Positions 20,880 to 30,370 of a stretch of 64,000 bases of DNA are shown one piece after another (the first letter of the stretch is position 1; the number at the start of each line of letters is the position of its first letter). The position numbers and the translations under genes are program-made. Under the pieces are notes generated by a model. That model worked only from the letters and a program-made list of their open reading frames with translations. It did not search any database and was not told the origin of the DNA. The DNA comes from Acidobacteriota bacterium (GTDB lineage Bacteria; Acidobacteriota; Terriglobia; Terriglobales; Acidobacteriaceae), in assembly GCA_021826695.1 (NCBI GenBank), contig JAKAYS010000001.1:7175-71174 (forward strand). Reading direction: 5' to 3'.

Positions 20880-21560
20880 ATGAGCATCGTCAACCTTTTG
20901 AATCAGATCAAACATGAAGAAATCGTATTACCTGCAATCCAAAGGGACTTTGTATGGCCAGAGGAAAGAGTTCTGAGGCTACTCGATTCCATCATGCGGG
21001 GTTATCCCATCGGCATTGCACTTCTTTGGGAGACATACTTCGATCTTCAATACAGAAAGTTTGACGAAGCCTTCCGCGAAGGCCAAGTTCACGACTTTAA
21101 GGAAAACAAGAAAAAACGGAAGCTCAAGCTCGTTCTGGATGGTCAGCAGCGTTTGCAATCGCTTTACATTGCCCTATATGGCACATACGAAGGAAAGTCG
21201 CTGTATTTTGATGTCCTTAGCGGTCGAGAGTCAGACAATCTTGCCGAAGAGAAATATGACTTTCAATTCTTGGATAAGACCGGATTTGACGAATGGGAAA
21301 AGCGGTTGTCGGACAGTAAGGGCGACGCAAGTGAATCACACAACGGTGACGCACAATATCTGGTCAAGGTAGCGGATTTATTTGCGGCAGGTGTTAGGGA
21401 GCGAAAAGCACTCGAAAAGAAAATCGCGGAACGAGTGACATTAAGTGACGATGATGAGACGCGCCTCAGCGAGAATATGGCGCTATTCGATGAGGTTCTA
21501 ACGAAGAATCAGAACATCCTCAAAGTGTCCGTGATCGACGAAGATTTACCGGGTGACATC
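20880..21560 (+). pseudogene. N-terminal fragment of a GmrSD-like type IV restriction enzyme (DUF262 / ParB-like NTPase domain), cut by an IS
   Basis: MSIVNLLNQIKHEEIVLPAIQRDFVWPEERVLRLLDSIMRGYPIG and LVLDGQQRLQSLYIALYG (DGQQR motif). Reading runs into the IS at about 21561. Confidence 0.8.
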
Positions 21561-22909
21561 GATAAGGACGAAGGCGTTGTCAAGGCACAGATCGCCTGTG
21601 CGGTGCGTGAGCACCGCTTGTCTTTCCAGAGAGGTTGAGGACCAGAGCTCCGGTAGATTCACGCTGCATCACCAAACGGCGGGCAATTACGCCCCACCAA
21701 CCATCGATACGGCTACAACATCAACCATGATGCTTCCATGCGGACATCCAGCCTACTGCTGGATGCGAGAGCGCCCAATCAATCCTTCGGTCTGGTTTTC
21801 ACCGACCAGGGGCACCCGCGGGCTGCTCTCGATATGGGCGATCTCTGGATAACCAACGTTCTGCCGCAACATCCAGTAGAGTCGCACTGCCAACTTCCTG
21901 GCCGCCGCCACCTTGGCCACGCCCTTCGGCTTGCGGTGGCAACGAGCCTGATACTGCTTGCGAAATCCCTCATCCAGCCGGGTCACGCTCTGCGCCGCTT
22001 CCACCAGCAACTGGCGAAGAAAGCTGTTGCCCTGCTTGCTGATCGCGCCCAGCCGCTGCTTGCCGCCCGAGCTATGCTCGCGCGGTATCAGTCCCAGGTA
22101 GCTGGCCACCTGCTTGCTGTGCTTGAATCGGCTTACCTCCCCGATCGTCAAGACAAAGGCCAGCGCCGTAATCGGACCCACGCCCGGCTGCGTCATCAAC
22201 AGCCGCGCCTGCGCGTGTTGCTCCGCCGCATCGCCCACCGCTTTGTCCAGTTCGCCGATCTGCCGATCCAACTCCGTCAGCAGCTGCAATAAATCTTCGC
22301 GTCGTCGCGCTGTCCAGCCTTGCAGAGGAAGTCTTTCCAACTCAGCCCTCCCCCGAACGCTCCACAGGGAACTCTTCTTCTGCACCCCGCGGTTCAGCGC
22401 CAGATGCTGCAATCCGTTCTTCACCCGCGTCCGGATCTCCACCAGCTTGTGCCGATGCACCAACAACTGGCGCAGGTCGCGCTGCTCCGCACTCGGCGTC
22501 CACAAGCGCGGAAACCGCCCCTCCAGCAGCAGCTTCAGCATGTGCGATGCGTCGCGCTTGTCGGTCTTCTGCTTGCGCACATAGCTGGCACGGATCTGGG
22601 CCGCATCCCCGACCCACACCTGGTGACCCAGCCGCTCGAGCAAATCGATGAACCACTGGCTGTTGCCGCACGCCTCGACTCCAACCAGCGCCGGCGCCTC
22701 CAGCTCGCGATAGAACCGCTCCGCTTCGCCATCGCCATTGACCAACTTCCGTTCCGTCACTTCGCCGGTCTCCGCATCGAAAACCGCCACCTGTTGCCAA
22801 CTCGGATGAAAATCACATCCTATAATTTTCATTGAAGGCTTCTCCTGATCCAGCAGCTCTGCTCCTCAACCAAAAACTACTGCTTCATCGTAGAAGCCTT
22901 CGTCCTTAT
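21561..22909 (-). mobile_element. IS110-family insertion sequence (IS1111-like layout), about 1.35 kb, inserted in the GmrSD-like gene
   Basis: Contains the transposase. 15-bp inverted repeat GATAAGGACGAAGGC (21561-21575) / GCCTTCGTCCTTATC (22896-22910). Boundaries are good to only a few bp. Confidence 0.75.
21753..22832 (-). CDS. IS110-family (DEDD) transposase
   Basis: MKIIGCDFHPSWQQVAVFDAETGEV N-terminus and C-terminal Transposase_20-like region (LMTQPGVGPITALAFV...VASYLGLIPREHSSGGK). Confidence 0.9.
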   Translation of the reverse strand: MKIIGCDFHPSWQQVAVFDAETGEVTERKLVNGDGEAERFYRELEAPALVGVEACGNSQWFIDLLERLGHQVWVGDAAQIRASYVRKQKTDKRDASHMLKLLLEGRFPRLWTPSAEQRDLRQLLVHRHKLVEIRTRVKNGLQHLALNRGVQKKSSLWSVRGRAELERLPLQGWTARRREDLLQLLTELDRQIGELDKAVGDAAEQHAQARLLMTQPGVGPITALAFVLTIGEVSRFKHSKQVASYLGLIPREHSSGGKQRLGAISKQGNSFLRQLLVEAAQSVTRLDEGFRKQYQARCHRKPKGVAKVAAARKLAVRLYWMLRQNVGYPEIAHIESSPRVPLVGENQTEGLIGRSRIQQ

Positions 22910-23947
22910 CCCATCAATCCTGATAGGAAATCTGAGGCCGATGTGCTTGAGATTTTTGTGCGTGTGAACCGCGAGGGAACACCGCTAAGTCGTTCGGACC
23001 TCATCTTCAGTATGTTGAAGCTCAACTGGCGAGAATCCGCAGAGAATCTGCCTGAGTTCGTTCGTCAGATCAATCAAGGCAATACATTCGCCCTGGACAC
23101 TGACTTTGTTATTCGCTGCCTCTATGCTGTATCGGGGTTAGGCACGAAATTTGATCTTGACCAACTTCGCAGGAAGGATAACGTCGAAAAGCTGCGAGCA
23201 AACTTTCAGGGATGCTGTGACGCTATCCGCTCGGTTGTCGATACTGTATCGCGGGACTGCTGGTGCTCAAGCAGCGGTTTGCTTGGAGGACAGACTACAC
23301 TTGTCCCTTTCGTTTACTACTTGTTCCGCACTCCGAAGCATGAGTTGCCAACAGGCCAAATCGAGGCGTTTCGCAAGAGTCTCTACCTGTTCGCGTTTGC
23401 GCGTCCGTTTTCCAGGTATGCTGACAGTCGATTATGGACATTCATCCGCCGCGAATTGGCTCCGCTGGCTGAAAAAAAGGACTACCACTTTCCATTTGAA
23501 CGTACCGTTTGGTGGGTGAAGTATTGGGAAGCAGTAACAGGTTTCGACGAGCGTTTGTTGGAACACAATATCTCGCTGACATTGCATGTGTTGCAAAATC
23601 TGAGCACAAATAAAGCGCATTATGAACGTAATGCGGGGCAGGTAGATCACATTTTTCCGCGATCTGTTTTGCGAAAAAAGGGATTTGAAGAGTCTGAGAT
23701 CAATCATTTTGGTAATTTTTGGATTCTTGCACAGGGAAAAAACCAGAACAAAAGTGACAAGCATCCAGCCGATTTTTTTAGTGATGTTCCCGATATGGAA
23801 ATGCAGCGCGCAATGATTGATCGTGAAATGCTCGATTACAGGCGTTTCTCCACATTCGCAAAAAATAGAAGTGCGAAGGTGCTGGAGGCTGTGAAGAAGC
23901 GACTGGAGTTCAGTGACAAAGACTTCATAGATCCCGAAGAGTCTTAA
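22910..23947 (+). pseudogene. C-terminal fragment of the GmrSD-like enzyme (rest of DUF262 plus DUF1524 / HNH-like nuclease)
   Basis: EADVLEIFVRVNREGTPLSRSDLIFSML continues the DUF262 domain. C-terminal DHIFPRS...NFWILAQGKNQNKSDK is a DUF1524-type His-Me finger. Confidence 0.8.
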
Positions 23948-24225
23948 CAATTTGCCAAACACACTCACGAATGCGGATTGCATCTTGAATCCAGCACAGT
24001 TCGAGTAGACCTGCTTCAATTCGCACCGGCGAAGACGTAGAACACACTCCCTCAATTTGCCATTTCCACTCTGGTTAAATGCCCACCGCGCGTTAACGGG
24101 AAGGATGCTGCGCCCTTCCCGCGCTGCAACCGCCCATAGTGCCGGGCGTTTTCCGCTTCCCATCCATGCGGGGCCGTTCCTTCTCCGCAACACCCCTTCC
24201 TGAAAAGCCATGCGGAAGTAGACCT

Positions 24226-24409
24226 AAATTTCTTCTTTTATCCAGTGCCCCCGCTTCATGCTGCTTTATGGCAGAGCCGGTCGGAACCCGTCAATGCTCT
24301 CCGCTGGCACTGCGATGAACGCGCAGAAGAACGCGCGGCATTGACTGAACCCGCCTCGCCTCTGCCCGCCGCAAGGACATGAAGCGGGGGCACTCAACAA
24401 AAGAAATTT
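24226..24409. repeat. Long inverted repeat: 17-bp perfect core within about 32-bp imperfect arms, about 117-bp spacer, just upstream of ardC
   Basis: AGTGCCCCCGCTTCATG at 24244-24260 and its exact reverse complement CATGAAGCGGGGGCACT at 24378-24394. The flanking AAATTTCTT... arms also pair. Confidence 0.85.
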
Positions 24410-24482
24410 GGTTGAGAGCCACAGGCGAAATGCCCTCCTTCAGAATCTCGCTCCACGCGGGCAACACAGGAGAGCAAACGTC

Positions 24483-25499
24483 ATGGCATATCGCAACCAT
24501 CGCAACGCAGCCAGCAGGTCGAGCATCTATCAGACCGTCACCGACCGCATTATTTCCAGCCTCAAAGTAGGCGTAATTCCGTGGGAAAAGCCGTGGAAGA
24601 CGCCGCGCTACGCAGGCGGCCCATTCCCACGCAACTTCTATACCGGCAAGCCCTACCGTGGCATCAATGTTCTCTTGCTTTGGTCGAGCGAATACAACTC
24701 CCCATTCTGGCTTACCTTCAAGCAGGTCCAGGCACTCAAAGGCAACGTCCGCAAGGGTGAGCATGGAACGCAGATCATCTTCTACAAGCAGCTTCCCGAA
24801 TATGCAAAGAAAGACGAGGAAGCAACGGGCGAAGATGAGCGCGTTCCTTTTGTTCTCTGCCACTACACGGTTTTCAACGTGGAGCAGTGCGACGGCCTCA
24901 CGCTTCCTGAAATCTCGCAGCCCGCCATCGCGCCGGAGATTGACGAAGACGAAATCTGCGAAAGCATCGTTACCGGATGGGAGAATCGGCCCGCGCTCCA
25001 TCTCAACAACCCCACCGAGTACCGCGCTTACTACCGGCGCTCTACCGATTCCGTCCACATGCCCGCCCGTAGCCGCTTTGTGGATGCGCCGCACTATTAC
25101 AGCACCTTATTCCACGAGCTGATTCATAGCACAGGACACGAAGGCCGCCTGAATCGTACCTTTGGCGATCTTTTCGGAGATGAGCTTTACAGCAAGGAAG
25201 AATTGGTTGCCGAGATGGGCGCAGCTTTCCTTTGCGCTATCGCTGGTATCGCCAACGAGCACACCGACCGGAATACCACCGCATACATTCAGAACTGGAT
25301 TGAAAAGCTGGAAGAGGATAATCGCCTTATCGTTCATGCCGCCGCCAACGCGCAGAGAGCCGTGGGCTTAATTCTCGGCAGCACCTTTGAGGAAGAGAAC
25401 GAGACGAGTGAAAACGCCGGAGATGCCGCTGTCAGCGGCATCCCCGCAGCCGTTGCGGTGAATATCGTTCCAGCAGTCTACGGTCATGCTCATCTCTGA
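24483..25499 (+). CDS. ardC: ArdC-like antirestriction protein (ssDNA-binding N-domain plus zincin-like metalloprotease domain)
   Basis: YQTVTDRIISSLKVGVIPWEKPW, GKPYRGINVLLLW, FWLTFKQVQALKGNVRKGEHG, HELIHSTGH (HExxH). AGGAG upstream of ATG 24483. Confidence 0.85.
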   Translation: MAYRNHRNAASRSSIYQTVTDRIISSLKVGVIPWEKPWKTPRYAGGPFPRNFYTGKPYRGINVLLLWSSEYNSPFWLTFKQVQALKGNVRKGEHGTQIIFYKQLPEYAKKDEEATGEDERVPFVLCHYTVFNVEQCDGLTLPEISQPAIAPEIDEDEICESIVTGWENRPALHLNNPTEYRAYYRRSTDSVHMPARSRFVDAPHYYSTLFHELIHSTGHEGRLNRTFGDLFGDELYSKEELVAEMGAAFLCAIAGIANEHTDRNTTAYIQNWIEKLEEDNRLIVHAAANAQRAVGLILGSTFEEENETSENAGDAAVSGIPAAVAVNIVPAVYGHAHL

Positions 25500-25915
25500 G
25501 CAGTGACCGGATGCTTCTGTCCGGCCCGCAGATATTCCGAGGGTGTGATAATGCGCGTCCCCTTGTACGCGCCGAGAATCAATAAATCCTTGTCGCCTGC
25601 AACCAGCAAATCCGCTTTCGCAAGGGAGGCGCACTCCAGAAACATATCATCGTTAGGATCACGGCAGACCTTTACCGTGCTTCGAATCTTCACACGAATG
25701 CCACGTGCCAAAATCGTTTGCAGCGCCGATGTTGCCCGGTGTTGTTCCCAGGAGAATTTTTCCGTCAGGACGCGCACAATCTCCGCGTCAATCTCATCGC
25801 AGGTAGCAATTACGTCTTCGCTCATCGCTTTTTCAAGCGCCCGCGTCGGTGTGCCGCGACCTTTCGCAAACTGAAGCGCGGAAATCCAGACGTTTGTGTC
25901 TACGACGACGATCAC
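25490..25915 (-). CDS. PIN-domain toxin
   Basis: MIVVVDTNVWISAL..., later acidic residues (CDEIDAE, DPNDDMFLE); 141 aa. 4-nt overlap with the upstream antitoxin. Confidence 0.8.
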   Translation of the reverse strand: MIVVVDTNVWISALQFAKGRGTPTRALEKAMSEDVIATCDEIDAEIVRVLTEKFSWEQHRATSALQTILARGIRVKIRSTVKVCRDPNDDMFLECASLAKADLLVAGDKDLLILGAYKGTRIITPSEYLRAGQKHPVTAQR

Positions 25916-26205
25916 CCGTTAGACCGCAACTTGCGGCGCGGCTTCCCGGCACGCACTTCTTTAATGAGCCGGGGCACATCAGCTTCGGTGTAGCCCTTGG
26001 GGTTGCGGCCCGCCGCGTACTCGCCCAATTCATCCAGTGTCCGCCGCGCCTGCTGTGCGGAGTAGGTGCGGAAGGCTTCACGGAATAGCTCGCTCATGGT
26101 GCGGCTGTCCCGCTGTGCCAGGGCCTCGGCCCTCCGTGCGAGTTCGGGCGGGAGGCTGATCGTGTAGACCTTCGATTTCCTTGCAGTCGCAATAGCCATA
26201 CTCAA
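25912..26205 (-). CDS. Ribbon-helix-helix (CopG-like) antitoxin
   Basis: KVYTISLPPELARRAEALAQRDSRTMSELFREAFRTY; 97 aa. Confidence 0.75.
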   Translation of the reverse strand: MSMAIATARKSKVYTISLPPELARRAEALAQRDSRTMSELFREAFRTYSAQQARRTLDELGEYAAGRNPKGYTEADVPRLIKEVRAGKPRRKLRSNG

Positions 26206-26415
26206 ATATTACGCTGTAATGGGTTCCATTACAATCATTGGAGGAATGCCTTGGGATCAGCAAGATACGTGTGCGATAGTAAAGGTGACTCATAGGAAAA
26301 ACGCAGGCCCCATGCCTCCGGCGACCAAGAACCAGAACCCGGAACAGATTGCCTGCGACCAGATCGACGCGAAGCTGGCCGATGAGCATATTCGTGCCGC
26401 GCACGGGAGCACGAT

Positions 26416-28782
26416 GTGAATACCGAAGCCGATACCTGCCGGAAATACGTCGTCCCCAAACTGCTCGCGCTTGGTTGGGACAGCGACCCCCATTCCATTG
26501 CCGAACAGCGCACAATTACCGACGGTCGCGTGATTCCTGTTGGTAAGGAAGGCTTCATCCGCAAGCCGCCTAAGCGGGTTGATTATTTGTTGCGATATAC
26601 GCGGGATTTTCCGATTGCCGTTGTCGAGGCGAAGGCCAGCTACAAAACAGCGACCGACGCCGTTCAACAGGCGCGCCTGTACGCGGAAATGCTTGATCTG
26701 AAATTCGCCTATGCGACGAACGGCACCGACATCATAGAGATCGACTATTTCACCGGCACAGAAAAGCAGATTCCCGACTTTCCCAAGCCGGATGACTTAT
26801 GGCACCGCTATCAAACGGGAAGCGGAATCACCGCGCCACAACAGGCCGACCAGCTCATAGCCCCTTACAACACGATTGGTGGGAAGCCGCCCAGGTACTA
26901 CCAGCAAATTGCGATCAACCGCACGGTCGAAGCCATCCTTGCCGGAAAGCGCCGCTTGCTTCTCACTATGGCGACCGGCACGGGCAAAACCATCGTCGCC
27001 TTTCAAATCTGCTGGAAACTATGGTCAAGCCGCTGGAATCGGACGGGCGAACATCGCAAGCCGCGCATCCTCTATCTTGCCGACCGTAACATCCTTGTGG
27101 ACGACCCGAAAGACAAGACATTCACACCGTTCGGGGACGCACGGTACAAGATTGAATCCGGCGAAGTCGTCAAGAGCCGCGAAATGTACTTCGCCATCTA
27201 TCAGGCGCTTGCCGAGGACGAGCGCCGCGCCGGATTGTTCCGCGACTATCCGCCCGATTTCTTCGACCTGATTATCGTTGACGAGTGCCACCGTGGAAGC
27301 GCGCGCGACGACAGTTCATGGCGCGTCATTCTTGAGCATTTCAAACCGGCGTTCCAGCTTGGCATGACGGCGACGCCTCTACGTGAGGACAACCGCGATA
27401 CCTATTTGTATTTCGGGAATCCCCTCTACCAATACAGTCTGCGCCAGGGCATCGACGACGGCTTTCTTGCGCCGTACCGCGTCCACCGTGTTGTCACACA
27501 ATGGGACGCGGCGGGCTGGCGTCCGAGCAAGGACGAGGTTGACCGCTTCGGGCGCGCCATCCCTGACGATGAATATGAGACAAAGGATTTTGAGCGCGTT
27601 ATCGCCTTGCGCGCGCGCACCCAGGCGATTGCCCGCCACCTGACGGACTTCCTCAAGAAGACCGACCGCTTTGCCAAAACCATCGTTTTTTGCGTGGATC
27701 AGGAACACGCATCCGAAATGCGTCAGGCATTGGTCAACCTGAATTCAGATATTGTGGCGCAGTACCCGGATTATGTCGCCCGCGTCACCGCCGACGAGGG
27801 AGCCATCGGGCGCGGGCACCTGTCCAAGTTCCAGGACTTAGAAACCAAAACGCCCGCAATCCTGACTTCCTCTCAGCTTCTCACCACCGGCGTTGACGCC
27901 CCGACTTGCAAGAACGTTGTGCTCGCCCGCGTCGTCGGCTCCATGAGCGAGTTCAAGCAGATCATCGGGCGCGGCACGCGCCTGCGTGACGATTACGGTA
28001 AGCTCTGGTTCAACATCATTGACTACACCGGCTCCGCAACGCGAATGTTCGCCGACAAGGAATTTGACGGAGAGCCGACGCGCATCACTGAAGAGGAGAT
28101 GAATGAGTCCGGCGAAACAGGGTCAACGACCGAAATCATCCCCGAAGGGCAGGAGCCGCCGCCGGAGGAAGAATCCGGCCCTATCATCACCGAGCCGCCC
28201 ACGGGCGAGCCTCGAAAGTTCTACTTTGACGGCGGGCAAGTTGAGATCGTGGCTCACCTCGTCCACGAGCTTGACCCCAACGGCAAACAGCTTCGCGTCG
28301 TGAAGTATACGGACTACGCCGCCGAAAGCGTCCGTTCGCTTGCGCCCACATCCGCAGACCTACGCCAGAGATGGGCAGACGCGGATAAGCGAAGCGAGAT
28401 TATCGCCGCGCTTAACGAGCGCGGCATCGACTTCGATCAATTAGCGGAGCAGACAGGGCAGACGGATGCTGACCCGTTCGACTTGCTTTGTCATCTCGCT
28501 TTCAACGCGCCGCTTCGCACACGCCGCGAGCGCGCACAACGGCTCAAATCTGAGCGGAAGGATTACTTCGAGAAATTCTCTCCCGAAGCCCGTCGGGTGC
28601 TTGATGAGCTTCTGGAAAAATACGCGGAACACGGTGACGCACAGTTTGTCTTGCCGGACGTGTTGAAGGTTCCACCCATCTCCAGTCACGGACAGCCCGC
28701 CGAGATCATGAAGCTGTTCGGGGGCCCCATCCCGCTTCGGCAAGCCGTAAACGAACTGCAAGGACTCCTCTATGCCGCGTAG
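26416..28782 (+). CDS. hsdR: Type I restriction enzyme R subunit (EcoEI-like, with EcoEI-R C-terminal-type tail)
   Basis: NTEADTCRKYVVPKL nuclease N-domain, helicase motifs (MATGTGKT, VDECHRG, LTSSQLLTTGVDAP, QIIGRGTR). Confidence 0.9.
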   Translation: MNTEADTCRKYVVPKLLALGWDSDPHSIAEQRTITDGRVIPVGKEGFIRKPPKRVDYLLRYTRDFPIAVVEAKASYKTATDAVQQARLYAEMLDLKFAYATNGTDIIEIDYFTGTEKQIPDFPKPDDLWHRYQTGSGITAPQQADQLIAPYNTIGGKPPRYYQQIAINRTVEAILAGKRRLLLTMATGTGKTIVAFQICWKLWSSRWNRTGEHRKPRILYLADRNILVDDPKDKTFTPFGDARYKIESGEVVKSREMYFAIYQALAEDERRAGLFRDYPPDFFDLIIVDECHRGSARDDSSWRVILEHFKPAFQLGMTATPLREDNRDTYLYFGNPLYQYSLRQGIDDGFLAPYRVHRVVTQWDAAGWRPSKDEVDRFGRAIPDDEYETKDFERVIALRARTQAIARHLTDFLKKTDRFAKTIVFCVDQEHASEMRQALVNLNSDIVAQYPDYVARVTADEGAIGRGHLSKFQDLETKTPAILTSSQLLTTGVDAPTCKNVVLARVVGSMSEFKQIIGRGTRLRDDYGKLWFNIIDYTGSATRMFADKEFDGEPTRITEEEMNESGETGSTTEIIPEGQEPPPEEESGPIITEPPTGEPRKFYFDGGQVEIVAHLVHELDPNGKQLRVVKYTDYAAESVRSLAPTSADLRQRWADADKRSEIIAALNERGIDFDQLAEQTGQTDADPFDLLCHLAFNAPLRTRRERAQRLKSERKDYFEKFSPEARRVLDELLEKYAEHGDAQFVLPDVLKVPPISSHGQPAEIMKLFGGPIPLRQAVNELQGLLYAA

Positions 28783-30370
28783 TAAATCAAACAAGAACGG
28801 CGCAAACAGCGCCGCGCCGATGACCACATCCCAAATGCTCGGAAGCCTTCTCAAATCCGCGCGTGACATCATGCGCAAGGACAAGGGACTGAATGGCGAT
28901 CTTGACCGCTTGCCGTTGCTGACGTGGATTATGTTTTTGAAGTTCCTTGACGATATTGAAATACAGCGCGAGGAAGAAGCCGAGCTTGCCGGAAAGAAAT
29001 TCAAGCCCGCTGTCGAAAAGCCGTATCGCTGGCGCGATTGGGCGGCAAACCCGCAGGGCATCACCGGCGATGAATTGCTCGCCTTTATCAATAACGATGA
29101 AGCTGTGCGCGCCGACGGAAAGAAGGGCGCGGGGCTGTTTGCTTACTTGCGCGCGCTGTCCAGTTCCAACGGCGACAACCGCCGCGACGTTATTGCCACC
29201 GTGTTCAAGGGCGTCGATAACCGTATGAAAAGCGGTTATCTCCTGCGAGACATCATCAACAAAGTCGCCGCCATCCACTTCACATCGTCCGATGAATTGC
29301 ACACTCTGGGCGCGCTTTACGAATCCATGCTCCGTGAAATGCGCGACGCGGCGGGCGACTCCGGCGAGTTTTACACGCCGCGCGCCGTCGTCCGCTTTAT
29401 GGTCGAAGTCACTGACCCGCGACTTGGTGAAACCGTGCTTGACCCCGCGAGCGGCACAGGCGGCTTTTTAGTCGAATCCTATAACCACCTTGAGAAACAG
29501 GTGAAGACCGTCGCCGACCGCAAGCGGCTCCAAACGGAAACCCTCAGTGGGTGCGAGCCGAAATCCCTGCCTTACCTTCTGTGCCAGATGAATCTTTTGT
29601 TGCACGGATTGGATGCGCCGCAGATCGACCCGGAGAATGCGCTTCGCTTCAAACTCTCCGAAATCGGCGAGAAAGAGCGCGTGGACGTGATTCTTACGAA
29701 CCCGCCCTTCGGCGGGGAAGAGGAACGGGGCATCCAGGGTAACTTCCCCGAAGACCGGCAGACCTCCGAAACGGCGCTCTTGTTCCTTCAACTCATCATG
29801 CGCAAGCTCAGGCGCCAGCAAACCGCCGCCAAGCGTCCGGCGCGAGCCGCCGTTGTCGTACCCAACGGCACGCTTTTCGGTGACGGCGTATGCGCGCGCA
29901 TCAAGGAAGAGCTGTTGAAGGACTTCAACCTTCACACCATTGTGCGGCTACCGGAAGGGGTATTCGCTCCCTACGCGGATATACCTACCAACATCCTGTT
30001 TTTTGACAGATCGAAATCAACGGACGACATTTGGTTCTACGAGCACCCACTTCCAGAAGGACGCAAAAAGTACACAAAAACAAAACCACTTCAGTACAGC
30101 GAGTTCGAACCATTGCTGAACTGGTGGGGTGCTCGCGTGGAGAATGAGTGCGCATGGAGGGTCCAGGCCAAGTCTTTCTTCGACGCATCCGAAGGACGCC
30201 AACTTGCTATAAATTTTGATCTTCGCAATCCGAATGCGACCAGGCAGGTCGATCCTCGAACAACGATCGAAATTCTTTCTGATATGGAGGCGAACGAGCA
30301 AGCAATCATTGCACTCGTCCGAGAACTGAAACTTCTCACTTCATCTCAGCTAAAGACGGGGACCGAGTGA
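28772..30370 (+). CDS. hsdM: Type I R-M N6-adenine DNA methyltransferase subunit
   Basis: GEFYTPRAVV, DPASGTGGFL, LTNPPFGG. Overlaps the hsdR stop by 11 nt. Confidence 0.92.
   Translation: MPRSKSNKNGANSAAPMTTSQMLGSLLKSARDIMRKDKGLNGDLDRLPLLTWIMFLKFLDDIEIQREEEAELAGKKFKPAVEKPYRWRDWAANPQGITGDELLAFINNDEAVRADGKKGAGLFAYLRALSSSNGDNRRDVIATVFKGVDNRMKSGYLLRDIINKVAAIHFTSSDELHTLGALYESMLREMRDAAGDSGEFYTPRAVVRFMVEVTDPRLGETVLDPASGTGGFLVESYNHLEKQVKTVADRKRLQTETLSGCEPKSLPYLLCQMNLLLHGLDAPQIDPENALRFKLSEIGEKERVDVILTNPPFGGEEERGIQGNFPEDRQTSETALLFLQLIMRKLRRQQTAAKRPARAAVVVPNGTLFGDGVCARIKEELLKDFNLHTIVRLPEGVFAPYADIPTNILFFDRSKSTDDIWFYEHPLPEGRKKYTKTKPLQYSEFEPLLNWWGARVENECAWRVQAKSFFDASEGRQLAINFDLRNPNATRQVDPRTTIEILSDMEANEQAIIALVRELKLLTSSQLKTGTE

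Noticed and set aside
26078-26667. Minus-strand ORFs (145, 109 and 125 aa) around the hsdR start.
   Set aside because: They overlap the promoter region and 5-prime end of hsdR and have no motifs. They are most likely non-coding.
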